DNA of 64,000 nt from an uncultured bacterium. GTDB lineage: Bacteria > Acidobacteriota > Aminicenantia > Aminicenantales > Saccharicenantaceae. Of the stretch, positions 9,924 to 19,426 are shown piece after piece. Numbering within the stretch: position 1 is the stretch's first letter; every line of letters begins with the position of its first letter. The notes below the pieces were generated by a model, which was given only the letters and a program-made list of their open reading frames with translations, was not told the origin of the DNA and ran no database searches. The position numbers and the translations under genes are program-made. The stretch is from positions 2,108 through 66,107 of the forward strand of contig CALEUG010000003.1 in assembly GCA_937920515.1 (NCBI GenBank), in the 5' to 3' direction.

Positions 9924-10355
9924 TCAGCTCGGAATAATCTTTATTTCCCAGGTCAGGGGCATGGCTTTTTTGATGGTGGGGCTGACCCCGCAATACTTTT
10001 CCTGCGACAGCTCTATGGCCTGCCTGAGCTTATCAAGCGGCAGGTTTTTGCCGGTAAATTCATAGACGAGATGTATGCGGTAAAACTGCCGGGGATGCTC
10101 GGCCGTCAGGTCGCCCTCGACCACCAACCTGAATTTTTCCACCGGCACCCTCATCTTCTGCAGCATGGAGATCACGTCCATTCCAGTGCAGCCGGCCAGG
10201 GCCACCAGCAGCAGGGGTTTGGGGCGCGGCCCCCGGTTCCTGCCACCGTAATCCTGCGGAGTGTCAAGGATTATCCGGTGTTCATCCACAGCCGTTTCAA
10301 AAGCCACTCCGTCCAGCCAGCTGGCCATGATGATTTCCTTTCCGGCCATGACCAT
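9924..10355 (-). CDS. OsmC/Ohr family peroxiredoxin-like protein
   Basis: Motif LLLVALAGCTGMDV and a C-terminal conserved Cys are typical of OsmC. Start set at the ATG 3 nt after AGGAGG (ORF track extends to 10379). Confidence 0.8.
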   Translation of the reverse strand: MVMAGKEIIMASWLDGVAFETAVDEHRIILDTPQDYGGRNRGPRPKPLLLVALAGCTGMDVISMLQKMRVPVEKFRLVVEGDLTAEHPRQFYRIHLVYEFTGKNLPLDKLRQAIELSQEKYCGVSPTIKKAMPLTWEIKIIPS

Positions 10356-10779
10356 ATACCTCCTGAGGGTAATTAACACCTAAATTATAGACCCTGATAA
10401 TTAAAAACTTTAATAATTTTTTTATCTGTGGTGCGGCCGGAGAATGAATCTCTTTAAGAACTTGAGCGGATAGATAATCGAACCCGATCTTCAGCCCGGC
10501 CCCACTACCGCGCCTTCAACGGTATTAATAAGTTCAAAACATCAGCTTTTCGTATTTCTGGACTTAATTGACCATGAACCCGGGCCGCTGTGAGGCAGAT
10601 AAGAAATGCCTGATGAAAATGGCTAACTCTGCGGCCAGACAAATCGTGCTTTCCACTTCAGCCACTGAAATTAATAATGGTTATCGGCGACGGAGAACCT
10701 GTTGCTTCTTGATCTCTCTTTAAGTTATATTAATTTACCGGTGCCAGCCGGAAAGGCTGAACCCTTAGGGAGGATGTTT

Positions 10780-12276
10780 ATGAAAAAGCGCGGTCTTCTT
10801 TTTTCCATAACGGTCATTCTTTTTCTGGCCCTGAGTCTGGCTCTGGCCCTTCAGGCCGCCGACCGGAAAGAACTCAACTGCTTTACTGTCCTGGTGGGCA
10901 AGAAGGCCAGTGCCGATGGCTCGGTTCTGGTGGCTCACAATGAAGATGACAGCGGCGACATCATCGTAAACGTCAGGAAAATCTCCCCTCGTAACTACGG
11001 ACCGGAAGTTAAAATTAATCTGGGCTACGGGGCCACTTACCAGACCGACGGCCGGACCAATGGCTTTATCTGGGTCGAAGCTTCCACCCAGGAATTCGCC
11101 GATAGCTTCGTCAACGAGCACGGGGTGGTCATCACCTCCAATGCCTGCGGCTCCCGCGAGACCAACGAAGATTATACCGACGGCGGCCTCGGCTACATGC
11201 TGAGAAGAATCGTGGCCGAAAAGGCCAGAACGGCCCGGGAAGGGGTCAGGCTGGCCGGAGAGCTGGTGGAAAAGTATGGCTACCGTTCTTCCGGAAGGAC
11301 CTATTCCATCGCCGATAAGAACGAAGCCTGGATGCTGGCCGTTATCAGGGGCCGGCACTGGTTGGCCCAGAGGGTGCCGGACGATGAGGTGGCCGTCATT
11401 CCCAATTTCTACACCATCAGGCAGGTCAGGCTGGATGACCCGGAAAATTTCATGTCCAGTCCCGGTATAATCGAATATGCCATAAAAAACGGCTGGTACG
11501 ATGAAGGAAAGGACGGACCTTTTGATTTCAAAAAGGCCTTCAGCCGGCCTTCGCGGCGAGACCCGGTCTCCGACGGAAATAGCCTGCGGATGTGGCGGGG
11601 GCTGGTCATCCTCAGCGGGAAAGACTGGAAGGTTGAAGACGATTTTCCTTTTTCCTTCAAGCCGGCCCGCAAAGTCACTGTCGAGATGCTGATGTCCCTG
11701 CTTCGCGACCATTATGAAGGAACTGAATATGACGCCACCAACGGGTACAAAGAAGGTAGCCCCAACCTGACCAGGTTCCGCACCATCTGCACCAGCTCTA
11801 CCATAAATTCTTTCGTGGCCGTTCTTAACGCCCGGAAACCGGAGCCAATTTCTATACTGTTGTGGCTGGCCCTGGGGAAACCGGATACCACCATCTATCT
11901 CCCGATATATTATGGAATAGAAAAAATGCCCGAAGGCCTGGGAGCAGGTCCGACCGACCATGATTACGAACTCTTCTACCGGCAGCACTTCCAGCCGGAA
12001 GAACTGATCGCCGCCCGCGACCGCCTCCTCCATACCAGGGTGCTCAGGTTCGAAAGGGTGGTCGAGGGCAACTATGGCCGGATGATTCAAGTGGTCAATA
12101 AAGAACTCCGGCCCTTAGAAAAAGAATACCTGAACAGCCAGAAGCTCTTTGAATCGAAGTTCAGCGAGTTACACCGCCGGAACCAGGCTGCTGCCGGGGA
12201 GGCTCTCAACAGGTATGTGACGGAGGCTTTTGACAGGCTCGGAAAGATTTACAAGAAACTGGAAGCCAAATACTGA
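10780..12276 (+). CDS. C69 family dipeptidase (secreted, N-terminal Cys nucleophile)
   Basis: Signal peptide followed by CFTVLVGKKASADGSVLVAHNEDD, the hallmark of peptidase C69. RBS AGGGAGG 7 nt upstream of ATG 10780 (ATG 10774 is an alternative). Confidence 0.85.
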   Translation: MKKRGLLFSITVILFLALSLALALQAADRKELNCFTVLVGKKASADGSVLVAHNEDDSGDIIVNVRKISPRNYGPEVKINLGYGATYQTDGRTNGFIWVEASTQEFADSFVNEHGVVITSNACGSRETNEDYTDGGLGYMLRRIVAEKARTAREGVRLAGELVEKYGYRSSGRTYSIADKNEAWMLAVIRGRHWLAQRVPDDEVAVIPNFYTIRQVRLDDPENFMSSPGIIEYAIKNGWYDEGKDGPFDFKKAFSRPSRRDPVSDGNSLRMWRGLVILSGKDWKVEDDFPFSFKPARKVTVEMLMSLLRDHYEGTEYDATNGYKEGSPNLTRFRTICTSSTINSFVAVLNARKPEPISILLWLALGKPDTTIYLPIYYGIEKMPEGLGAGPTDHDYELFYRQHFQPEELIAARDRLLHTRVLRFERVVEGNYGRMIQVVNKELRPLEKEYLNSQKLFESKFSELHRRNQAAAGEALNRYVTEAFDRLGKIYKKLEAKY

Positions 12277-12547
12277 TAGAATGACAGGAAACTGGCGGGC
12301 ACAGGACATCAACAAAAAAACCCGGCGGGCAGGGTCTCAGATTCAGCCCTCTGCTTCAGGTTCAAAATAGCTTCATCCAGGTGTAATCGGAATCTTAACA
12401 ATTATCTAACCGCAGCCGATTTGAATCGGGGTGAGTCTGAAGCTGGATGATTTCACCAGCAATAAAACCCCGGGCCTGTCTGTTTATTGCTATGACCTGC
12501 AGACATCCATCTTGGTTACCGGACATGGTTCCCACTCAGATAAGCTG

Positions 12548-12578
12548 CAGGGAAAGTTAAACCTCCCTTTCCACCCTG
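12548..12578 (-). terminator. GC-rich imperfect hairpin about 15 nt downstream of the GH38 stop; possible terminator, but no U-tract
   Basis: CAGGGAAAG-N10-CTTTCCaCCCTG inverted repeat. Confidence 0.2.
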
Positions 12579-12592
12579 ACACCTTATATTGA

Positions 12593-15500
12593 TTACCTTA
12601 CATAAAGCTCATCAAACAGCATCCAGGCTTTCTGACCGGCATTGGGGAAACCCTCCGGGATTGTGCCAGGATTAACAGCCTTAACCCGGAGGAAGCGGCC
12701 TTCCGCACCGCGAAGTGAAACGTAGAGTGATTTCTGGGCTGGCCCCGGCGGCTTTTCGGGCAGGGCAAATTGTTTCTCGGCTACCTTTTCAAACTTTCGG
12801 CCGTCCAGAGAAACTTCCACTTCCACCCTGACCGGCAGGAAGACCCTGGCATTATTATTTTCGAGGCAGCTGAGCTCCAGCTCGTACAGGTCCTGTTTTC
12901 GTCCGAGGTCCAGTACCACCACCAGGTCATTCCCTTCGTAGCCCTGCCAGTTCTGATCCCTAACTTCAGGCCCGGCCTTAACCAGGTCAATGAGGGTCTT
13001 TTCGCCGGCCGCACCGGGACGGGAAGAAGCCGGAGGGCTGAAATATACGATATCTTTTATCGGGTAGGACTGGCTGTAAAAAGCCGTGGCCACCGGGCTC
13101 GGCTGCCGCCTTGGATGAAAAGCCATGGCTTTAAGAACCGCCGTGCCCCTGATTATTATCGGTCCCCCGTAGACCGGAGACTTTTCAGTCGGCTCGCTGC
13201 CATCCAGCGTATAGTGAATTTCGGCACCTTCCAGTCCAGCCCTGATGTTCACGCTGGCCGGCTCTGCAGGGCTGACATAGGCCCGGGCCGGCTCGATAAC
13301 CGGCAGCGGGACTACCTGCCATCTTTCATACTCGGCCTGGTTTCTTTTCAGCACGTCAAAGAGATTCCGGGCAGGACGGCTGTTGTCATTCTCGTTCCAG
13401 GCCACAGTCATGGCCAGGATTTTGATGGCCGGATTTACCGGCAACTTAACAGTCCGGGCTCCGGCCGGCAGTTCCACCGCATACTTCAACATGTATCCAT
13501 AGATATAAGCTTCGTTGCCCTCAACCGGATGATGGAGATGAGTGGTGAAAAAGGCCACGTTATCCTGCCGGGTATATCCCGGAACAACCCCGGTGTAGGT
13601 ATATTTTTCCCGGTCAAAATCAATTTTACCCGCCGGACCTTCGGCCCAGGTCCGGTTATCCCACTGGCCGATAAAGCCCGACCAGTAAGCCACCGGGATT
13701 TCCACGTTCTTTTCCCCCACCCTGAACAGACCTTTCTGATTTTCTTCGGCCGCCGCCGCCAGAATGTACAGACGGTTAAACTTTCCGTCAGGAATCTCTA
13801 TCTCCTGGCCCTCACAGGCCACGGCATTTCTCGCCCCGTCTGTCCGGGGCCCGAGCTTGAAGCTGAGGCTATCAGTCACAATTGTGTCAGGCACCCACTC
13901 GGCCGGGAAGCTGCGCCCGCTGGAATCAAAAGCGCCGTCCTGCCGGTTTTGGTCATGGCTGAAGACATCAACGTTGTACGGGAGTTCCACCGGAACCGAG
14001 AGCGGCGGGGTTAGCTGACTGGCAATCGGAAGAAGCTTTAAGGCAAAGGTTTTTATTCCAAAAGGATTCAGGTCAAAGACCAGCTTCCCCTCGCGCACCA
14101 CGGCCGGACCAATTTCCTCTTCCAATCCGTTCACTTCCCGGGCAGCGCTGATCCCGGTCAGGAAGGACAGGGTGGCTTTTTTTAAGCTCTGGCCTTTGGT
14201 CTCGACCAGTCTGATTATCACTTCATCTGAATTTTCGGCTTTCTTTATGGCCGAGATGTGGAGGTTATCGTGGCTGACTCTCAGGAAAGAAACATTCTGG
14301 CCCAGGCTGCCCTCATGGGAAACGGTCTGGAAGGCCAGAAGGGGCTGGTTAAGACGCAGGGCTTGTTGTCCGGTCCCACCCTGCCGCCAGTCCCCCTGGT
14401 GACCGTAAATGGCATACATAATTTCGTGCCGGCCGAAGTCCTGGGTGGCCTGCTCTCCGGGCCAGGACCGCACTCCAGGAGTATAAAGCAAGGTCAGACG
14501 AAGCATGTTGTCGGCCGGCTTATCGGAACCGTACTTGCAATCTTCCAGGATGGAAACACCGTAACCGCCTCTCTTATCGGTCAGGTCAAACCACAGGTGT
14601 GACGGCACCTCGAACTTCTTGGGGTCGTTGTTTCCCCGCTGAATTGTTCCCAGTCCCCAGTTGTAAGTGGCCAGCGGATTGGAGACTGTCAGCGGGAAGG
14701 CAGCTTTGAGAGACGATTCCCTGGTAGCCCAGTCAATCAGGTTGTAAAATTCCAGCCGGTCTCCTGCCGCACCGGCAGCCAGTCTTATATATTGAACAAA
14801 CTTAGAGCCACGGGCTTCCCTTTCGATTTCAATGGCCACCCTGGCCGGACCATTCTCTACCACAAAAACCCTGGCCGGTCCGGTCACATATCCGGAAGGG
14901 GGCTTCATCCGGTCTTCCCAGTCCATATTCCAGGCTGGCCACTGCTGCGGTTTTTCATGGTGGAAAGACAGCCTGGCGGAGGAAGCCAGCAATTCCCGGC
15001 GGGCTTTCTTGTCGAAGATACTCGACACCTCGCCCTCCCGGTTAAGCTTTACCAGATAGCGGCTGTTTTCCAGGTGGTTAGGGCTGACCTTCAAACCTGT
15101 GGCCAGGCGACAGGGCTCAGAGGAAGGCCTGACATCATAAACGCTGAACCCGACAGAAGGGACCGCGGCCAGAAAAATCAGCCTGACCGTATGTTCATTT
15201 TTTCCAAGAATCTGGGACGGCACTTCCCTGCCGTCCGGGGCAAAAACTCTAAGGTATTCAGCGGACTGCGGCAATTCCAGCTCGGCTTCCACCACATCTT
15301 CCCGGTCAAAAGCCAGCGGGTTGTAAACCACCACCGGATAACCCTTTACCCTGGTATCCAGGGCCCTGATGACCGCTCCAGCTGAATCCACAAGAACCGC
15401 GCTGAACTGGTTGGCGGCCAGGAACTCGTCGTTCCAGGAGAACTCATAGGCCCGCGGGATGCTGGTTCCGGGCAGAATATCATGAAACTGGGCGCCGAGG

Positions 15501-16609
15501 ACCAGGCGCCAGGCTTCGTTGATTTTTTCCCTGTTGTAGGATGCCCCACCCAGCCAGTCGGCTACCACTGCCGCCGCTTCAGCCGAATAGCCCAGGAACT
15601 CATTCTTGCGGTTCCAGCGTTTCATGGCTGCCTGGGAAGTGATGGAGCCAGCCGAATGGTTGGTCAGGAGAAACTCGCCACTGTAGGTGGGCAATCTTTT
15701 TTTCTGCGCTTCATTCAGGTTCAGGAAAAATTCATCGGCCCGGGCCGAAACCACCTTGAGGTCCGATTGCTGGCTGCTCTCCAGACTGAGCACCAGGTTC
15801 CGAACCGAGTTTTCATCCGGAGCCCCGCCGACATCTCCGGTTCCGAAATACATGTAATCGCCGTAGACACCGTACTTCTGCCCGTTTTCGCTGACTCTCA
15901 GCCTCCAGGTTGGATGCCGGGTCAGGTCGCCCGTTATCTTGCCGGTATAATCACCGGGATTGAGGGCGGCCACCACGAACTGGCCGTCCGGTCCGTACCA
16001 GGTCCCGACGTTAAAGGGAACCCCGACCGCCGAACCCCAGGTCAGCTTCTGGGTGGAAAAGCCTTTCAGGCCGCAATGGGCCAGGATGGAAGGAAGGGAA
16101 GCCGGGAAACCGAAGCAGTCGGGCAGCATGTACTCCTTGCTGCTGAACCCGAATTCCTTCTTGAAGTACTCGGTGCCATAAAGAATCTGCCTGATGATGG
16201 ATTCAAAGGACGGCACCATGACATCGTTTTCTTCCATCGATGAGCCTGAAGGAAACCAGCGCCCCCTGACCACGTAATCTTTAACCTTCGCATATTCCTT
16301 CGGGTAATATTCCTTCATCATACGGTAACGGTTGGCTCCGCTGAAATTAAAAACGTAACCCGGGTACTTCTCAAACAGGGCAAAATTATCGACCATGGTG
16401 TTCCAGATGTATTCTTTAATGGTCTTCTGGTAGTCCCAGCGCCACTGGGTATCGAGGTGGGCATAACCCACCGCAAACAGGACTTTTTGCCGGCTGAGGT
16501 CATAACCGCCCTGGCCGAAGGCTGGAAGTGCTGCCAGACCGGGGAGAAAAGAAAACAGGGTTATGATAAGGGCTAAAGTTTTTTTTACCTGGATAATTTT
16601 TTTAACCAT
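12593..16609 (-). CDS. glycoside hydrolase family 38 alpha-mannosidase, secreted, with long C-terminal extension (Fn3/chitobiase-like and discoidin-like segments)
   Basis: Signal peptide. GYAHLDTQWRW and LPDCFGFPASLPSILAHCGLKGFSTQKLTWG are GH38 N-terminal catalytic-domain signatures. 1338 aa. Confidence 0.85.
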   Translation of the reverse strand: MVKKIIQVKKTLALIITLFSFLPGLAALPAFGQGGYDLSRQKVLFAVGYAHLDTQWRWDYQKTIKEYIWNTMVDNFALFEKYPGYVFNFSGANRYRMMKEYYPKEYAKVKDYVVRGRWFPSGSSMEENDVMVPSFESIIRQILYGTEYFKKEFGFSSKEYMLPDCFGFPASLPSILAHCGLKGFSTQKLTWGSAVGVPFNVGTWYGPDGQFVVAALNPGDYTGKITGDLTRHPTWRLRVSENGQKYGVYGDYMYFGTGDVGGAPDENSVRNLVLSLESSQQSDLKVVSARADEFFLNLNEAQKKRLPTYSGEFLLTNHSAGSITSQAAMKRWNRKNEFLGYSAEAAAVVADWLGGASYNREKINEAWRLVLGAQFHDILPGTSIPRAYEFSWNDEFLAANQFSAVLVDSAGAVIRALDTRVKGYPVVVYNPLAFDREDVVEAELELPQSAEYLRVFAPDGREVPSQILGKNEHTVRLIFLAAVPSVGFSVYDVRPSSEPCRLATGLKVSPNHLENSRYLVKLNREGEVSSIFDKKARRELLASSARLSFHHEKPQQWPAWNMDWEDRMKPPSGYVTGPARVFVVENGPARVAIEIEREARGSKFVQYIRLAAGAAGDRLEFYNLIDWATRESSLKAAFPLTVSNPLATYNWGLGTIQRGNNDPKKFEVPSHLWFDLTDKRGGYGVSILEDCKYGSDKPADNMLRLTLLYTPGVRSWPGEQATQDFGRHEIMYAIYGHQGDWRQGGTGQQALRLNQPLLAFQTVSHEGSLGQNVSFLRVSHDNLHISAIKKAENSDEVIIRLVETKGQSLKKATLSFLTGISAAREVNGLEEEIGPAVVREGKLVFDLNPFGIKTFALKLLPIASQLTPPLSVPVELPYNVDVFSHDQNRQDGAFDSSGRSFPAEWVPDTIVTDSLSFKLGPRTDGARNAVACEGQEIEIPDGKFNRLYILAAAAEENQKGLFRVGEKNVEIPVAYWSGFIGQWDNRTWAEGPAGKIDFDREKYTYTGVVPGYTRQDNVAFFTTHLHHPVEGNEAYIYGYMLKYAVELPAGARTVKLPVNPAIKILAMTVAWNENDNSRPARNLFDVLKRNQAEYERWQVVPLPVIEPARAYVSPAEPASVNIRAGLEGAEIHYTLDGSEPTEKSPVYGGPIIIRGTAVLKAMAFHPRRQPSPVATAFYSQSYPIKDIVYFSPPASSRPGAAGEKTLIDLVKAGPEVRDQNWQGYEGNDLVVVLDLGRKQDLYELELSCLENNNARVFLPVRVEVEVSLDGRKFEKVAEKQFALPEKPPGPAQKSLYVSLRGAEGRFLRVKAVNPGTIPEGFPNAGQKAWMLFDELYVR

Positions 16610-17023
16610 ATTAAACCCCTTGTTATGAATAACAAAATAATTAATTCACAAACGGCAGCGGGTGTCAACCGGGCCCGGGATAACAAACCGTAGGGCTCTT
16701 TATCAATCCTGCCTCTAATTATCAGACCGGCGGACCAGAACTGTCTTGATGCACTCCATGGTCAAGCCGGGCCGGACGAAGAGCCCAGGCCCCGGGCCAT
16801 CAGGCTAAAAGCTATCCCGGGTGAAAAAAAATGAAAACAAGAAAAGCAAGCAAGCAGAAAAACATCCGGTTAAGCCCCAAGTATTAATCGGGTTAAAAGA
16901 AATTTCTAAACCGAATCACGTTCCAGCACAAAGCGGTAATATTAACTTTCTGTGTTCAGGTCTGTTCAACCACAGAGAAAGCGACTGGCGCCGGGGCACC
17001 GGGCCCTGGCAGGGCTCACCGCC

Positions 17024-18337
17024 TCAATCGTAATATTCCAGGCCCAGGTGGGTAATCAGTTCTTCGCCTTTGATGTAGCGCAGGGTATTCTTGAGCTTCA
17101 TCAGCTGGATGAACAGGTCATGCTCCGGATAGAGTTCGGGGGCACACATCGGAGTCTTGAAATAGAAGGACAGCCACTCCTGGATTCCCCTGAAACCTGC
17201 TCTCTGGGCCAGGTCCATGAACAGCACCAGGTCCAGCACGATGGGCGCAGCCAGGATGCTGTCGCGGCAGAGAAAATCAATCTTGATCTGCATGGGATAT
17301 CCCAGCCAGCCAAAAATGTCGATGTTATCCCAGCCTTCCTTATTATCTCCGCGCGGCGGATAATAGTTGATGCGGACCTTATGATAAAACTTACCATAAA
17401 GCTCGGGATAAATTTCCGGCTGTAATATGTATTCCAGGGCACCGAGCTTGCTTTCTTCCTTGGTCTTAAAAGACTCGGGGTCATCCAGGACTTCCCCGTC
17501 CCGATTGCCCAGGATGTTGGTGGAAAACCAGCCTTGCAATCCGAGCAGCCTGGCCTTAAGCCCCGGGGCCACGATAGTCTTCATCAGGGTCTGTCCGGTC
17601 TTGAAATCCTTTCCAGCTATGGGAACGTTATGCTGCCTGGCCAGTTCCACCATGGCCGGGATATCCACGGTCAGGTTGGGAGCGCCGTTGATGAAAGGAA
17701 CACCCGACTTGATGGCGGCATAAGCATAGACCATGCTGGGAGCGATGGCCGGATGGTTTTCCTTCATGGCCTTTTCCAGGGATTCTATGGTCTGATGCAC
17801 TGGTTCCGGCTTGAGGTAAATCTCGGTACTGGCACACCAGATCATGACCAGCCGGTTCAGGGAATTTTCTTCCTTGAATTTCTTGATATCGTCCATTAAT
17901 TTAAGGGCCAGCTCGTACTTATTGGACCCCGTTTTCTTATTGGGTCCATCCAGCTTTTTGACATAATTGCGGTCAAAAACTGCCGGCATCGGCTTTATCT
18001 GCTCCAGCTCATCCCTGACCGGCTCCAGGTGCTCTTTTCTCAAAACTCCGGCTTTGACCGCGGCTTCGTAGGCGTTATCGGGGAAAATGTCCCAGCCGGC
18101 AAAAACCAGGTCATTGAGTTCGGCCAGCTCCACAAAATCCTTTATCCGGGGAACTCTTTTTTCGGTCCTTTTGCCCAGACGGATCGTTCCCATCTGGGTA
18201 AGAGAGCCAAAAGGTTTGCCCAGTCCTTTTCTGGCCAGAAAAACCCCGGCCATGAAAGTTGTGCTCACCGCCCCGATGCCCGGAATCAGGACTCCGAGTT
18301 TTCCTTCCGGGCTCTTGATTTCAACCTTTCCCTTCAT
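17024..18337 (-). CDS. ino1: myo-inositol-1-phosphate synthase (inositol-3-phosphate synthase)
   Basis: Matches the MIPS family: NAD-binding GVLIPGIGAVSTTFMAG, SMVYAYAAIKSGVPFINGAPN, AGKDFKTGQTLMKTIVAP, AAPIVLDLVLFM, FYFKTPM. Start set at the ATG after GGAGG (ORF track extends to 18439). Confidence 0.85.
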   Translation of the reverse strand: MKGKVEIKSPEGKLGVLIPGIGAVSTTFMAGVFLARKGLGKPFGSLTQMGTIRLGKRTEKRVPRIKDFVELAELNDLVFAGWDIFPDNAYEAAVKAGVLRKEHLEPVRDELEQIKPMPAVFDRNYVKKLDGPNKKTGSNKYELALKLMDDIKKFKEENSLNRLVMIWCASTEIYLKPEPVHQTIESLEKAMKENHPAIAPSMVYAYAAIKSGVPFINGAPNLTVDIPAMVELARQHNVPIAGKDFKTGQTLMKTIVAPGLKARLLGLQGWFSTNILGNRDGEVLDDPESFKTKEESKLGALEYILQPEIYPELYGKFYHKVRINYYPPRGDNKEGWDNIDIFGWLGYPMQIKIDFLCRDSILAAPIVLDLVLFMDLAQRAGFRGIQEWLSFYFKTPMCAPELYPEHDLFIQLMKLKNTLRYIKGEELITHLGLEYYD

Positions 18338-18656
18338 GACCGCCTCCTCACTCTTAATAAAAAACCGGATAGCAGGCTCAAGAATTTGCTGAACAAAGCA
18401 ACAGATTTTAAGATTATCATAGGGTTTTTTTGGTTTCAAGCTGTCCTTCCAGCCCGGGTTACCATTTTTGCTGTAAGTACCACTGGCCAGGGTAAGCGGT
18501 CGTCATAATCGAGATTCTAACGGGTAAGATTTTCCTCTCGTTAAAGCTTCTTCCTGACGGCCGGGGCTCTTTATTACCCGGGACCAGAGCCTAACTTTCC
18601 GGCTCACCCTGTCGCCCAATCCATCCCCAGACCGGCCAGAAGGCAACTCGATTTCG

Positions 18657-18714
18657 CGTAGATTTTCCTGTGAGGCAACTAATCATTTTCAAGTAGATTT
18701 CAAGTGAGGCAATT
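18657..18714 (+). promoter_or_regulatory. two about 22-nt imperfect direct repeats (GTAGATTTtcCTGTGAGGCAACT / GTAGATTTCAAGTGAGGCAATT) in the divergent MIPS/CDP-alcohol transferase intergenic region; candidate operator
   Basis: Core GTGAGGCAA at 18670-18678 and 18704-18712, spaced 34 nt apart. Confidence 0.35.
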
Positions 18715-18756
18715 CGTCAAATTGATTTTTTTACCCATAATAATTATAATTTTCAA

Positions 18757-19401
18757 ATGATGGTCAGCTATGACAACAAAGGATTCAGGCTTCTCCCCAG
18801 GAATCTGATTATCTTCGTCCTGGAAGTTTTTGACCGTTTCTCCCTGTTACTGGTCAGGTTAAAACTGAGCCCTAACCTTCTCAGTTTCCTGGGGCTTTTG
18901 GCCGGCCTGCTGGTGGGACTGTTCTTTGCCCTCGGAAGATGGGGCTGGGCGCTGGTCTTCCTGATTATCTGCGGGATTCTGGATATCCTTGACGGCAAGG
19001 TGGCCACCAACAGTAACCGGCGGACGGTTTTCGGAGCGGTTTTCGACTCCAGCCTTGATCGCTACTCGGAGTTTGCCATCTACCTCGGCCTGGGATTTTA
19101 TTTCGGACCTCATTGGGTTCTATGGGTTCTGGCTCTGGCCTTCCTTGGCTCGACTATGGTCAGCTACACCAGGGCCCGGGCTGAAAGCCTTGGAGTCAGC
19201 TGTCAACTGGGGATTATGCAGCGAGCTGAAAGAATGGTGCTGCTCATTATCGGCACCCTGTTAAGCCTGATTGTCGCCCACCGAGAAAAGGTAATTATAA
19301 CGGTCATAATAATACTGGCGGTGGCCTCCAACCTTACTGCCATCCAGAGAATTATCCACGTCTATCAGGCTGAAAGAAAGAGGGCCAGTCTCCAGGGCTG
19401 A
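18757..19401 (+). CDS. CDP-alcohol phosphatidyltransferase family protein, putative phosphatidylinositol-phosphate synthase
   Basis: Multi-TM protein with the D-G-x2-A-T...G-x3-D-x3-D motif (DILDGKVAT...GAVFDSSLD). Sits divergent from MIPS. Confidence 0.7.
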   Translation: MMVSYDNKGFRLLPRNLIIFVLEVFDRFSLLLVRLKLSPNLLSFLGLLAGLLVGLFFALGRWGWALVFLIICGILDILDGKVATNSNRRTVFGAVFDSSLDRYSEFAIYLGLGFYFGPHWVLWVLALAFLGSTMVSYTRARAESLGVSCQLGIMQRAERMVLLIIGTLLSLIVAHREKVIITVIIILAVASNLTAIQRIIHVYQAERKRASLQG

Positions 19402-19426
19402 GCCGCACGGCCTCAAGTATTATTAC

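Noticed and set aside
10765-12090. 441-aa ORF antisense to the C69 dipeptidase gene
   Set aside because: Lies entirely within a well-supported gene on the opposite strand. Gly/Pro/Arg-rich translation is typical of GC-rich antisense frames. No motifs.
12770-14014. 414-aa ORF antisense to the GH38 mannosidase
   Set aside because: Same reasoning. Embedded in a strongly supported CDS and low-complexity.
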